Origin: Octopus sinensis
Taxonomy: Eukaryota
Direction: 5' to 3'
DNA length: 64,000 bases
Assembly: GCF_006345805.1 (NCBI RefSeq)
Contig: NC_043011.1
Coordinates: 64,430,464 to 64,494,463, forward strand
The notes beneath the pieces are model-generated. The model saw only the letters and a program-made list of their open reading frames with translations. It made no database searches and was not told where the DNA came from. Shown here one piece after another: positions 10,504 through 22,133 of the stretch; the stretch's first letter is position 1; each line of letters begins with the position of its first letter. Both the position numbers and the translations under genes were made by a program.

Positions 10504-13500
10504 CTCTGACAGACATCAAGTCCTTAACCGTGGAACAGGCGGATGAAGTTGCCTTAACAACTTAACGGCTGTAAAGACGGACGAAGGCTGCAGCAGACCA
10601 TCGACTCCAATCGTCTCGGTTTACCTTTCCATTCGGTCAAGTTGGTGGTCTGTCAAGTTTACGTGTGCTTTACTAGGCATGCGACCTCAAGCACACGTTA
10701 AACAATTTCACGCACATGCGTCTTCGCAACCACTCTTCTTATTCTTTCCAAGTCTTTCGGCGAATGCGTTGGATGACGGGAGCAGGATCGTGAAAGCTAG
10801 AGGCTCCTAGTGCAGAACCGACACGGATGCGGTGGTTACATGATTCAGTCGCTCTATCTTTTGGAAGAAGCAGGGAAGATGTTCGGCAGCAGTATCCACG
10901 ACTGAGCAGCCCTGTTTAGGATCCACTTTGCTCACCCTGAATTGGGAAGGGGCTTAAAAAATATGCCCCAAACAAAGTCTGCTTCACCCCAATCCTGTCT
11001 GGAAAACCGCGTTCAGAGGAATCGCCATCATGCGGTCGAAAGTCAAGATCAAGATCCGCAACGCTGAAATTCGGGACCTGGAATGTCAGGACTCTCATAG
11101 TTAATACCAACTCAGACAAACCCGATAGGCGAACTGCAATCATCGCCCGGGAACTCCATCGATTCAATTTTGACATCGTAGCTCTCAGCGAAACCCAGAG
11201 AGCCGTAGAAGGCCGGATGAGAGAAGAAGGCGATCAATACACCTTTTCTGGAAAGGTTACGATCCCGACCATCAACGGATCCATGGTGTGGGATTTGCAA
11301 TACGAAACACCATCCTATCCAAACTGACAGAGCAGCCCATCGGAATGTCCGCACGACTCATGACCCTCCGAATCCAGCTTGTCAAAAGTCAGCACGCAAC
11401 TATCATCAGCGCGTATGCTCCCACCCTTTACGCGGATGGTTTAGTCAAGGAAGAGCTTTACTGCCAGATTGATAGCATTCTCTCTACCCTCCCAAAGGAT
11501 TACAAGATCATTCTCCTGGGAGATTTCAACGCCAGAGTTGGGAGAGATCGTGAAATCTGGACAGGAACCATCGGAAAGGAAGGAGTGCGAAAAGTCAATG
11601 CCAATGGAACTCTGCTCCTCACCAAATGTGCTGAACGTAACTTGGTGATAACCAACACCCTTTTTCGCCAGAAGAATCGATATAAGGTCTCATGGTAGCA
11701 TCCAAGATCTAAACATTGGCATCTCATTGACTATATCATCGTGAGATCCCGAGACCAGCAAGATGTGTTGCTCACCAGAGCCGCCACTGGAGCAGATGAG
11801 TGCTGGGCAGATCATCGCCTCATTGCCTCCACCACGAAAATCAAACTCCGACCAAAAGTCAAATATCACAGCAAGGAAAGCAGAGTAAAGAAATTCAACA
11901 TCGAAGCACTGCAAGACCCAAAAGCTCGTGTCGCTTTCCAGCTGCGCCTACAGTTCAATCTTCAAAATAAGACTCCAAATCATCTCGTCGAAGAAAATTG
12001 GAGCCATCTGAAAGAAACCATCATCACCGCTTGCGAAGAAACCATCGGTCGCAAGAAAAGGAAACACCCGGACTGGTTCGACGACAATGATGAAACTCTC
12101 AAAGAACTGATCGACCAAAAACGGAAAGCTTTCATCAGCTCACAGCATGATCCAAAGTCTGCCACTAAACGAGAGTCTTTCAAAAAGTGCAAAGCCGCAG
12201 TTCAAAAGACAACCCGTACCCTGAAGAACCAGTGGTGGGGACACAAATCTCGTGAAATCCAGCAGCTAGCAGATGTAAACGACACCAGAGTGTTCTTCAA
12301 AGCCACGAAAGAGATATACGGACCTTCCACACGTGGACAGGCTCCTCTGAAGAGTAAAGAGGGAGCGACCATCCTGATACGCAACACCGAAATAGGAGAC
12401 AGATGGAGAGAACACTTCGATGACCTCCTCAGTCACAAGGCTACCATCGACAAAAGCATACATGACATGATTCCTAAAGAGGCCAAAGATAACTCTCAAG
12501 CTCGAATTCCATCCCTCGAAGAGGTCAAAATTGCTATCACAGCGATGAAGAACAATAAAGCCGCGGGTCCTGAGGGAATCCCAGCTGAGATCTACAAACT
12601 GGGAGGTGATTTTGTGCAACACCAGCTCCACCAAATCTTGGTCAAAATCTGGACAAATCAAGTTGTACCATCCGACTTCAGGGATGCTAACATCATTACC
12701 ATTTACAAACGAAAGGGCGATCGTTCTAAGTGTGGAAATTACCGGGGTATTTTCTTATTAGCAACTGCTGGGAAGATTTTTGCACGCATCCTGAACAACC
12801 GCCTCAAAACGTTGTTAGAGAGGATCCTTCCTGAGACGCAGACCGGCTTTAGGCCATAACGAAGCACAACCGACATGATCTTCATGCTGCGACAGCTACA
12901 AGAAAAATGTTGTGAGCAACACCAACCGCTCTATTTGGCCTTTATCGAGCTATCCAAAGCCTTTGATCGTGTCTCGCGATAACTCCTCTGGGATATTCTC
13001 GTCCAGTATTGATGCCCAGATAAGTTCATCCCGATCCTCAAACTCCTCCACGACAATATGCACGCCAGAGTCCAGACCGACGGAGGCAGTTCTGAGCCCT
13101 TTAAACTCACCTCCGGAGTGAAGCAAGGCTGCGTGATAGCCCCAACTCTTTTACCATCTTTATCGCGACAGTGTTGTACATCATACGTGATAACCTTCCA
13201 CCTGGCATCGAGATCTCGTACAGAATAAACGGCAAGCTTTTCAACCTCGCTCGCCTCAAAAGTACGTCAACGACAATGGCGCTAAGCTTGCTAGAGTCCC
13301 TATATGCCGACGACAACAGTGTAGCAGCTTACAGAAAGGCTCACCTCCAACTGATCCTAAATGCTTTTCATCATGCATATACTAACGTTAGACTGAGCAT
13401 CAACATCAAGAGGACTCACTTACTCTACCAACCTCCTCCCAATTCCCGTGTTGACAACCCGCCATCGATTCAACTCGAAGGAATTCCACTGGAAAATGTG

Positions 13501-14305
13501 AACCATTACTGCTACCTTGGGAGCCATCTGTCAGCAAAGGTAGACCTCAGTGATGAAATCAAACACCGTCTGAAGTGTGCAGGAACAGCTTTCGGCAACC
13601 TTCGAACATGAGTTTTTGCTGATCGGGACATCCGAACAGAAAACAAACGCATAGTGTACAGGGCAGTCATTATTCCAACCCTCCTTTACGCATCCGAAAC
13701 CTGGACCCCGTATAGTCACCACCTTAAAACGCTCGAGAAATGTCATCAACGCTGTATTCGGAAGATCCTTAACATCAGCTGGGAAGACAGAAGAACAAAC
13801 GTCAGCGTGCTACAAGAAGCAAAAATGACCAGCATCGAAGCCTATGTCATCAAAGGCCAACTAAGATGGAGCGGCCACGTGGTTAGAATATCTAAGGAAC
13901 GACTTCCCAAACAGATCTTCTACTCCCAACTCAAAGACGGCAAGCGTACAAAAGGAGACCAGAAGAAACGTTACAAGGACTCCCTGAAACGAACCTCAAA
14001 AAGTGTGACATCGAATTCACTAACTGGGAGGAAACGGCAAAAAACAGACCACTCTGCAAAACCACCATCTATGAAGGAAAAGCGACTTTCGAGTCGAAAA
14101 GGTCTGCAGAGCTGGAGGAGAAAACACGACGACGGAAGGAGCGCCAACAACAAACACGTGCGACTCTCCCTTCTGGCACTAGATGTCCGCACTGCGACTG
14201 ATCTTTTCAAGCAAGAATTGGTCTTATCGGTCACCTACGGACTCACCAGTAAATTTGCGCGAAGACCATCATCCTGGACCTTGTGGGATTGCCATTATCA
14301 TCATC
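10417..14305 (+). mobile_element. Full-length RTE/BovB-like LINE (APE + RT + terminal C2H2), inactivated, 11 bp TSD
   Basis: FGTWNVRTL, SAYAPT, LGDFNARVG and WADHRL (APE); YRGIFLL, GVKQG and YADD (RT); CPHCD...GLIGHLRTH; (CAT)n tail. TSD ACTCTGCGATG at 10406-10416 and 14306-14316. Several stops and frameshifts. Confidence 0.97.
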
Positions 14306-15062
14306 ACTCTGCGATGACATCTCTCACGTCGGATTTCTTTCTGATGATCTCGCTACTGATGTGCTCTCTCAACCAGATACAAAGCATTGAGCTTTCCATG
14401 GCTCTTTGAGACGTTACCAGTCATTGCTCTTCTCTCTTTGTTGTAGCCCATGTTTCACAGCCATATAACATTGCAGGTAAAACTGTACTGTTGATGAGGT
14501 TGGTACGGGTGGTCCTGTCCAGCCTTCCCTTGAACACATCCCTTATGCCATTAAACGCCATCCTTCCGGCCCTTACTCTCCGTGAGATCTTCTTGTCGAT
14601 ATCTCAGCACATATTCACTTCTTGTCCCAGGTAGACATATTATTTTACATCCTCTATTTCTTCACTACCGATCAAAATTCGCTCTGTTGGTACGTTGTCT
14701 AACCGCATGAACTTTGTTTTCATGCGGTTCATCTTGAGACCTACTGCAAAGCTTTTGATGTCGAGCTCTGTAAGCATGGTCTGAAGCTGATTCGTGTTTT
14801 CAGCGATGAGTACGATGTCGTCAGCGAAACGGAGATGGGTGAGGAGCTCGCCATTGATGTTGACACCGCCTTGCCAGTCTATGCCTCTGATGATCTGCTC
14901 GAGACATGCGGTGAAAAGTTTTGGGGAGATTGTATCTCATCTCTCGTACGGCACTAGTATGGGTGATGACAGTAGAGCTATGTCGGTGGTGCATCGAGAA
15001 TTCGCTTCCCTGAGCAGCTGCGCATATTGCTCTTCGACTCCTTGCCTCCGCAATGCAGAGGC
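14306..15062 (-). mobile_element. 5' part of the older RTE-type LINE (RT C-terminal half)
   Basis: DTISPKLFTACLE, HLRFADDIVL, VGLKMN, YVYLGQ and LPAMLYGCETW on the minus strand. Confidence 0.92.
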
Positions 15063-16303
15063 ATATATATTGGGAGAGTGTACGAAAAATAAACAAAAGA
15101 CGAAGACAGGTGCACGGGTATCGTTATAAATATAGGTGAAGTCTACTCAATAGTCGCTGCAGCACAATCCTAATGCGTTGACAAAGGAGTCCATTTCCTC
15201 TCATGTCCGCAGGTATAGCCAGATTATCGATTGTTTCGCAATGTGATGCTTCAAGGATCTTAACGCTCCTCAGTGGTTTTCAGCGATACAAGGTTTAAAA
15301 GCATCCGTCTTGTGAGCTTACAAGCTTTCAGCTGAGTTCATACTCTGATTTCATAAACATTGGAAGTTAGACGTATGAATATTATTGTAGGCAAATTCAG
15401 AAATTTACTACCTTTGCTCTGCAATATATGCGACACTAAACTGAACGAAGTGTACTTATGAGAACAAGCCTTGCTAGAAATAAGTGTCAAATTAAATGAA
15501 TAGTCGCAGGACCAGTTTCTTAATGGGATGACAAGGGAGACAAGACCCACCTTTAGTCGTAGATACAGATAATAGATAGTTTAGCATTGTGATGCTTGAC
15601 ACATCATAAAGTACATTGCTGGATCACAATACGCTTTGGTTTCAAACTATCTCGCCTTGTCAGCCGTTAAGTTTTCCACTGGCATCATTCACTTATTTTA
15701 TAAATGGCAAATATGGAAATTATAAATAATTTGGGAGGCTACATCGCAATTAGCAGAAATGTATACGCTACTAATGAGAACAAAATGCAATAATCACCAC
15801 CAGTATTGCTAGAAATGATTGTAAAAACAAATGAATAGCCACAGTGTCATAATCTTATTAAAGATCGCATATACGGCCAGAGATTCGACGATTTCGTATG
15901 TTGAAGCTTGACGCAGCTTACCGATCATCCGTGAATTTCTAACCAACTGGGCTTTTCATCTTAAAAGATTTAACTTGAAAATATACGTGGATTTTATATA
16001 GATAAAAATCAAAATTATAGAGAATATAGGTGGTTTCTTAGTTGTTTCCCAGGTGAAGAAAGAAATAAGTACGTATCCAAACGTACCTTACGCTATCATA
16101 TATACATAGAGACATCAATGCATTTAAATATTTTCGAAAGTTGAACTTTATACGTCTTGCACTTGAACTAATTTTAATGGATACTTACTTTTAATATTTT
16201 TACTTTTGGAATTTAAAGTACGTTGCATATATTACAATATACTAAAAGTTATATACTTTAGTTAGTGTACTAAACAATGTAAGTATACTATCCATATAGT
16301 ATA

Positions 16304-16474
16304 GGCAAGGAGTGGCTGTGTATTAAGTAGCTTCCTTACCAACAACATGGTTGCGGTTTCTGTCCCACGGCGTGGCACCTTGGGAAAGTGTCTTCTACAA
16401 TAGCCTCGGGCCGACCAAAGCCTTGTGAGTGGATTTGGTAGACGGAAACTGAAAGAAGCCCGTCGTATAGATGT

Positions 16475-16517
<43 letters not shown>

Positions 16518-16752
16518 TGTGTGTGTGTGTGTGTGTATGTGTGTCGTGTATGTTTCTGTGTCTGTGTTTCTCCCACTAGCATTGCTTGACAACCGAATCT
16601 TGTGTGTTTACGTCCCCGTCACCTAGCGGTTCGGCAAAATAGACCGATAGAATAAGTACTGGGCTTACAAAGAATAAGTCCCGGGGTCGAGTTACTCGAC
16701 TAAAGGCGGTGCTCCAGCATGGCTGCAGTCAACTGACTGAAAAAAATAAAAG
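16304..16752 (+). mobile_element. tRNA-derived SINE (octopus-type) with internal (TA)(TG) tract
   Basis: Head GGAGTGGCTGTG...GGTTTCTGTCCCAC with A/B-box-like motifs; body CCTTGGG-AAGTGTCTT...CGGAAACTGAAAGAAGCCCGTCG; tail GGCGGTGCTCCAGCATGG...A-rich end. Confidence 0.85.
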
Positions 16753-16759
16753 AGAGAGA

Positions 16760-17870
16760 GAGATATGAATTTTCCTGCCTAGTTATTCAGATTACCTCTT
16801 GGTTCTGGGAATTATTTTACTAATCCATTTCCAAACCTGTTCCACCCACCTGATCTTAGTATTTATAAAGGTCTTTATGTAAGTAGCCCTTCTAATTAAG
16901 TGCAACTAAGAAACAATAATATCATGTTTGGATTAACCCTAAAAACTTTTAAGAATCTATATTATACATCTTTGTTTATAATTAATATATAGTTATCATG
17001 TCTAAGAAAATCAATAATCCTTTAGAGAATGTCATGTAAAAATCTTTAGACATGCTAACTTAGTAAATAAACCATTTTATACTTTAAATAATTGAATTAT
17101 TATACATTTTCTATAAGACTTCCGTTTTGATATTAAATAGGTATATATATATTTCATCATGATTTTTGTGATTAAGCTTTTTTATTTCTTTTCAATTGCG
17201 TTTTACCCTACCTGAACTTTTTATTATTTTATAAATACTACATTTTATGATATAAATCTAATATTTGTACACCTAGAAAATCTTACTTAGCCTACATATA
17301 ACAGTACGGGTATCTTCTCAGGTCATAATAAACTGCTTAGGTTATACTTTGATTAATATATAGTTAGCATGTACTTTAGACTTAGTATACCTTTATTAAA
17401 TACCAGTAATTGCCAATGATCAATCTTCATAGATTCCATCTAATAAGTTAAGATTTAAGAATATAAAAGAAATAAATATTTAACTATTTCTATGTAATTG
17501 CTTTCCACATTCTATTGTGGTAAAGTTTTGTATATACTAAAAAGTCTTCAAACGTTTTATCCTTTTGGTTGTAATATTCTTCTTAATAATCTTGATAACC
17601 CTCAATTTTTTAAATGTACACAATATAGCAATATAGTTTTAAATTATTCAACTATAGTTCCCCATGATAATATTTAACTCTGGTTTTACTAAAGTCTCGC
17701 TCATTTAATTGATAAGTATTTTCCTTTACCAAATCTCATTATATGTCTTCAAAGTAATCTTGACAATTTTATGACTATACCCACTATGATTTCTGTCAAC
17801 TCCCTCAGCCCCATTCCCCATTTACTTTGCTTTCGATTTCGATATTTATAGATTTGATATACAAAACTAT
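16760..17870 (-). mobile_element. Highly degraded L2/Crack-like LINE 3' fragment
   Basis: Minus-strand remnants IVIKLSRLL, TLVKPELN..LSWGT, KLRVIKIIKK and LFSIYKTLP resemble the L2-clade RT C-terminus. Boundaries are approximate. Confidence 0.5.
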
Positions 17871-18686
17871 AAATTAAAACTGACTACAAAAAACAGTGAC
17901 AAGATAGGTCTCTAACAAGATTTTTTTCCTGATAACTTGCTAGCTTTTAAGCCGAAGTGAAGACAGAATGATCTTCGTCGCTCTCCTTTCCTTCTTGGAT
18001 GTTTTAGTTAAAATTATCCTAATGTGTCCATCTGTTTTAATTTAATTCAATTCTATGTAATTTTGCTGCAGAGGATTGCTCTGCGTTTAAATGGATGTTG
18101 TGGTTGAATTTTCATTTAAATGGAGTTGCTTCAATCGATTGTACTGCATTATCGCAGGATATCCTGTTGCTAAATTTTGATTTCAATCATCTTACGTTGG
18201 AACTCTATGGATATTACCGTACTAAACTGTAGAGATGCGACGCCCGTTCCTCCCCAACATCCGAAACTCGGAGTTTTATCAAGGCTACCGAATAAGTGTC
18301 ACAAAATACAAACACTTATATATATATATAGTATGTGTATTTATATATGTGTGCTGCGAAAGAAAGGCCTTTTATGTATATTTTAAGAGATGCATGGAGA
18401 GCATTCGCTGTTTTCCACTTCCAAAAAGTTTCAACGCCAGGGAATACGAAAGCAAGACTAGCATATGTGGATATTTCTATTCAAATATAAAACGCAAAAC
18501 TTCCTCTAACTAATATTTAATTACAAATTATTTAAATAATTATTTCTTTGCCGATAATATATAAGAAAAAATGTTGCCTTTAATAAACGAGGGAAACATG
18601 ACACATCAGGTGAGGTTGTATGTATCTAAAGTGCTTTAAAATTAAAATCTTAACAGTTGCCATTGTGTTTGACACGAATAACAACG

Positions 18687-18729
18687 ATGAAATATGCTCT
18701 ACTACTTCTCCTTTTAATTCTCCTGCAAG
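18687..18729 (+). CDS. Candidate first coding exon encoding a signal peptide (MKYALLLLLLILLQ + G, phase 1)
   Basis: ATG in A-rich context, basic residue then hydrophobic core, ending at a consensus donor AAG|GTAAGT in non-repetitive sequence. Confidence 0.55.
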
Positions 18730-18870
18730 GTAAGTAAAATCCATATCATTTCACTTCATCTCGCAACGAGTGACGTATCCAAAATCTCTCAATACGTATA
18801 TATGTATACCCGTCTCTCTACCACCCTCCCCACCTCCCTGCCTCTCGTTCTCTTTCTCTCTCTCTCTCTC

Positions 18871-18940
<70 letters not shown>

Positions 18941-19193
18941 ATCACCGTGAACGCCGTCACTGACCAGGCTATCGGATGCTTCTATACCTCGCTGATCATC
19001 ATACGCTTCGCATTGTTTTTACTTCAATGACGCTATCCCGTTGTATAGGAGAGGAGGCCAACAGGAAAAAGAGCGAGAGAGCGTTGTGGCGAAATATTTC
19101 AGCAGGTATAGCCACCACCTCCTGCCGTAGCTGTCTCCACACACACACACACACACGCACACTCACACACACTCACACTTACACACACAGACG

Positions 19194-19225
<32 letters not shown>

Positions 19226-19324
19226 GACACTTATATATAGATAGATAGATATAACAAATACACATATTTTTGTGTCTATGAATTTATACGCATGTATATA
19301 TACATACATTTTTTTTTTTTTTTG

Positions 19325-22034
19325 GACCACGCACCACCTGCCCCAAAACGGAGGTACGCAGATGCAGTGCGTGCTACAAACCACCAGCATGTTATTAAAA
19401 GGGCAGCTGCTGAACATGAATCTTTTAGTGCATGGCACAAAATATTGTACTTCTTATGGGATACCTCAATCTGCCCAATGTCAGATGGGACGAGGGCTTT
19501 TCCCTCCCAGGAATAACATGATGCGAACAAAGACAGGCGAGGCACTCCTGAACCTCATCAACACTCTGTACACGTAGCAAATAATACTCCACCCAACCAG
19601 GGCAGGTAACATACTGGATCTCTGCTTCACAAATAATATGTACATCATCACCAATGGGAAAGTGACAAAGACACTACTCTCGGATCACAACATGGACGGG
19701 CTGACCAACTAAGGGCCAAAGGAAAGCATGGACATGCAGTCTACAAGAAACACTCGCAATCTTTCCAGCTTTAACTTCCATAATTTAGAAAGACATCCTG
19801 AAACAAAACTGGCCTGAATATCTCTCCTCGCTAGACATCGACATGAATCTTTAACAATTCATGTCTGTAATGCAAGCCATAGGCTACAAATGTGTCCCAG
19901 AGAGAAAGGCCACTGTACACAAGAACATAATTCCCAGAGAGAGGAAATTCTAATGAGACGGCGTACAAAAGATTCAAATCGTCTAAACGAATTAAAAGCA
20001 GTGAAACGTCCCGACTGAAAATAAAACTGTTGGAAATTGAAAAATGTCTGCAACTCTCCGATGAAAAAGAAACAGCAGACAAAGAAGCCTGGGATATAGA
20101 CAACATAAAATCTAACCTCAGAGCTTTCTACAGGTATGCCAAAGAAACAGCTACGGTGCACTGAAAGATAGGGCCACTCCTTGAACATGATGGCACACTC
20201 AAAGGAAATCCGATGAATGTAAGTGAAATACTGAATGAGCAATTCAAAAGTATTTCACTCCACCCCTAGGGCATATTCAAGTCAGCAATCCAACTGACTC
20301 CTTTACAACTGCAGATATAAAATCAGAGGCAGCGATGATTGATTACATCAATATAAAGGAAGACGATGTAATAAAGGCTATAGTTGAAATGAAAACAAAC
20401 TCAGCTACTGGCCTCGATGGATTCCCAGCAATCCTTCTAAAAGTATGTAAGAGAGTCCTAGCAAGACCACTGCAGTTCCTCTTTCAGGGCTTCCTCGCAA
20501 CTGGCAAACTTCAAAGGAAATTGAAGGAAGGTAAAATATGCCCTATTCATAAAGGAGGTAGCAGAGAGGAGGCCAAGAACTACATACCTATCTCTCTGAC
20601 CTCACACATCAGCAAGGTCATGGAACGAATAGTCAGATTGAAACTATTCACCTTTCTTGAAGAAAAGGACTTGCTTCCTGACACCCGATATGTTTTCCGA
20701 CCAGGAAGAAGCTGCCTAATTCAGCTTCTACAACACTATGACTGGGTGCTGAAACGACTGCTAAACATGTCAAATGTGGAAGTGATATATCTCGACTTTG
20801 AAAATGCCTTTGATAAAGTCGTTCATGGAATGCTATGTCACAAACTGCGTGATCTTGGCGTAGTAGGAAAATTGGAAATTTGTCTTCATGACTTTCTGAA
20901 GGATAGAAGCGAGGACGTAGTAGCCAATAGGGCCACTTCCATTAACACGCAAAAAGTGAGCGGTGTTCCGTAAGGCACAGGTTTGTGACCACTGCTGTTC
21001 ATAATGGCCCTCACATACATGCCCTCAGCCACGCAGGGGACCACCATCACAAGTTATGCAGGTGATACAGAAGTTTCACTGGCAATACTGAACTCTGAAG
21101 ATACTATGCACCTGCAATATGACCTGGACAAAATATACAAGTGGGCTGAGAAGAATAACATGCAGTTCAATGCTCAAAATTGTCAAGGTTTATGCTATCA
21201 GTATGCAAAACTGAATGCAATACCCAATAAATTCACTGGACCTGGAGTGATTGCAATCCGAGAGGCATAATCAGTGCGAGACCTGGGTATTTACATGAGT
21301 GATGATGCAACCTTTCATGTGCATGTTTCTAAATTGGCAATGAAATTTAGGCGGTTGGCAAGATGGATTCTTAGAACCTTTAGAACAAGAGACTAGGAAA
21401 CTATGATGGTCCTCTGGAGGACACTTGTCCTAAGCCACTATGACTATTGCTCACAGCTATGGTCACCATCCAGTGTCACGTTAATCACAGAACTTGAGGC
21501 GATCCAACGAAGCTACACGAAGAAGATAGCCTCTGTGCAGCATATAAGCTACTTGGAAAAAGTATTCCTTAGAGCGTATGCGAGAAAGATATGCCATAAT
21601 ATACATCTGGAAGATCCTAGAAGGACTTGTTCCAAACTTTGGCATCGAGATTTACACAAATGCTAGAACTGGGCGCCACTGCATAGTGCCAAAGTCTCCA
21701 AGTTTGCCATCAATATGTAGGACAAGATAGTGTGATAACCTGGGCTTCAGAGGCCCACATCTCTTCAATATCCTCCCAAAGAACCTGAGAGATCTGCAAT
21801 GGGTGGATGCAGATGTCTTTAAAATAAAACTGGATCTCCTCCTGTTAGGTGTTCCAGATGAACCAACTTTACGGCAGGAGGTGCAGATGAGGGCAGCTGC
21901 ATTGAACTCTCTCATGCACAAAATGGCAATTGCTAACAAGCATTCGTGAAGTAAAATCAAGTAGCAACACCAAATGGCGGTGCACCAGCATGGCCACAGC
22001 TGCTGAGCTGAAAGTAGATAAAATAAAAAATAAA
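19325..22034 (+). mobile_element. 5'-truncated, degraded CR1-like (Jockey/CR1 group) LINE
   Basis: APE remnants LMGYLNLPNV, TRAGNILDL and LSDHN; RT GLDGFP, NYIPISLTS, FRPGRSC, YLDFENAFDKV, SGVP*G, YAGDT and WRTLVLSHYDYCSQLWSP; A-rich 3' end. Confidence 0.92.
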
Positions 22035-22043
22035 TATATGTGT

Positions 22044-22094
<51 letters not shown>

Positions 22095-22133
22095 TATATA
22101 AAATATATATATATAAAAAATATATATATATAT

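Noticed and set aside
13654-14409. 251 aa ORF running past the LINE end
   Set aside because: A frameshifted RTE C-terminus reading through into the antisense strand of the older RTE.
15212-15292. Exon after a good acceptor (TCCGCAG|GTATAGCC)
   Set aside because: Only a weak GTTTAA donor and a short unrecognisable peptide.
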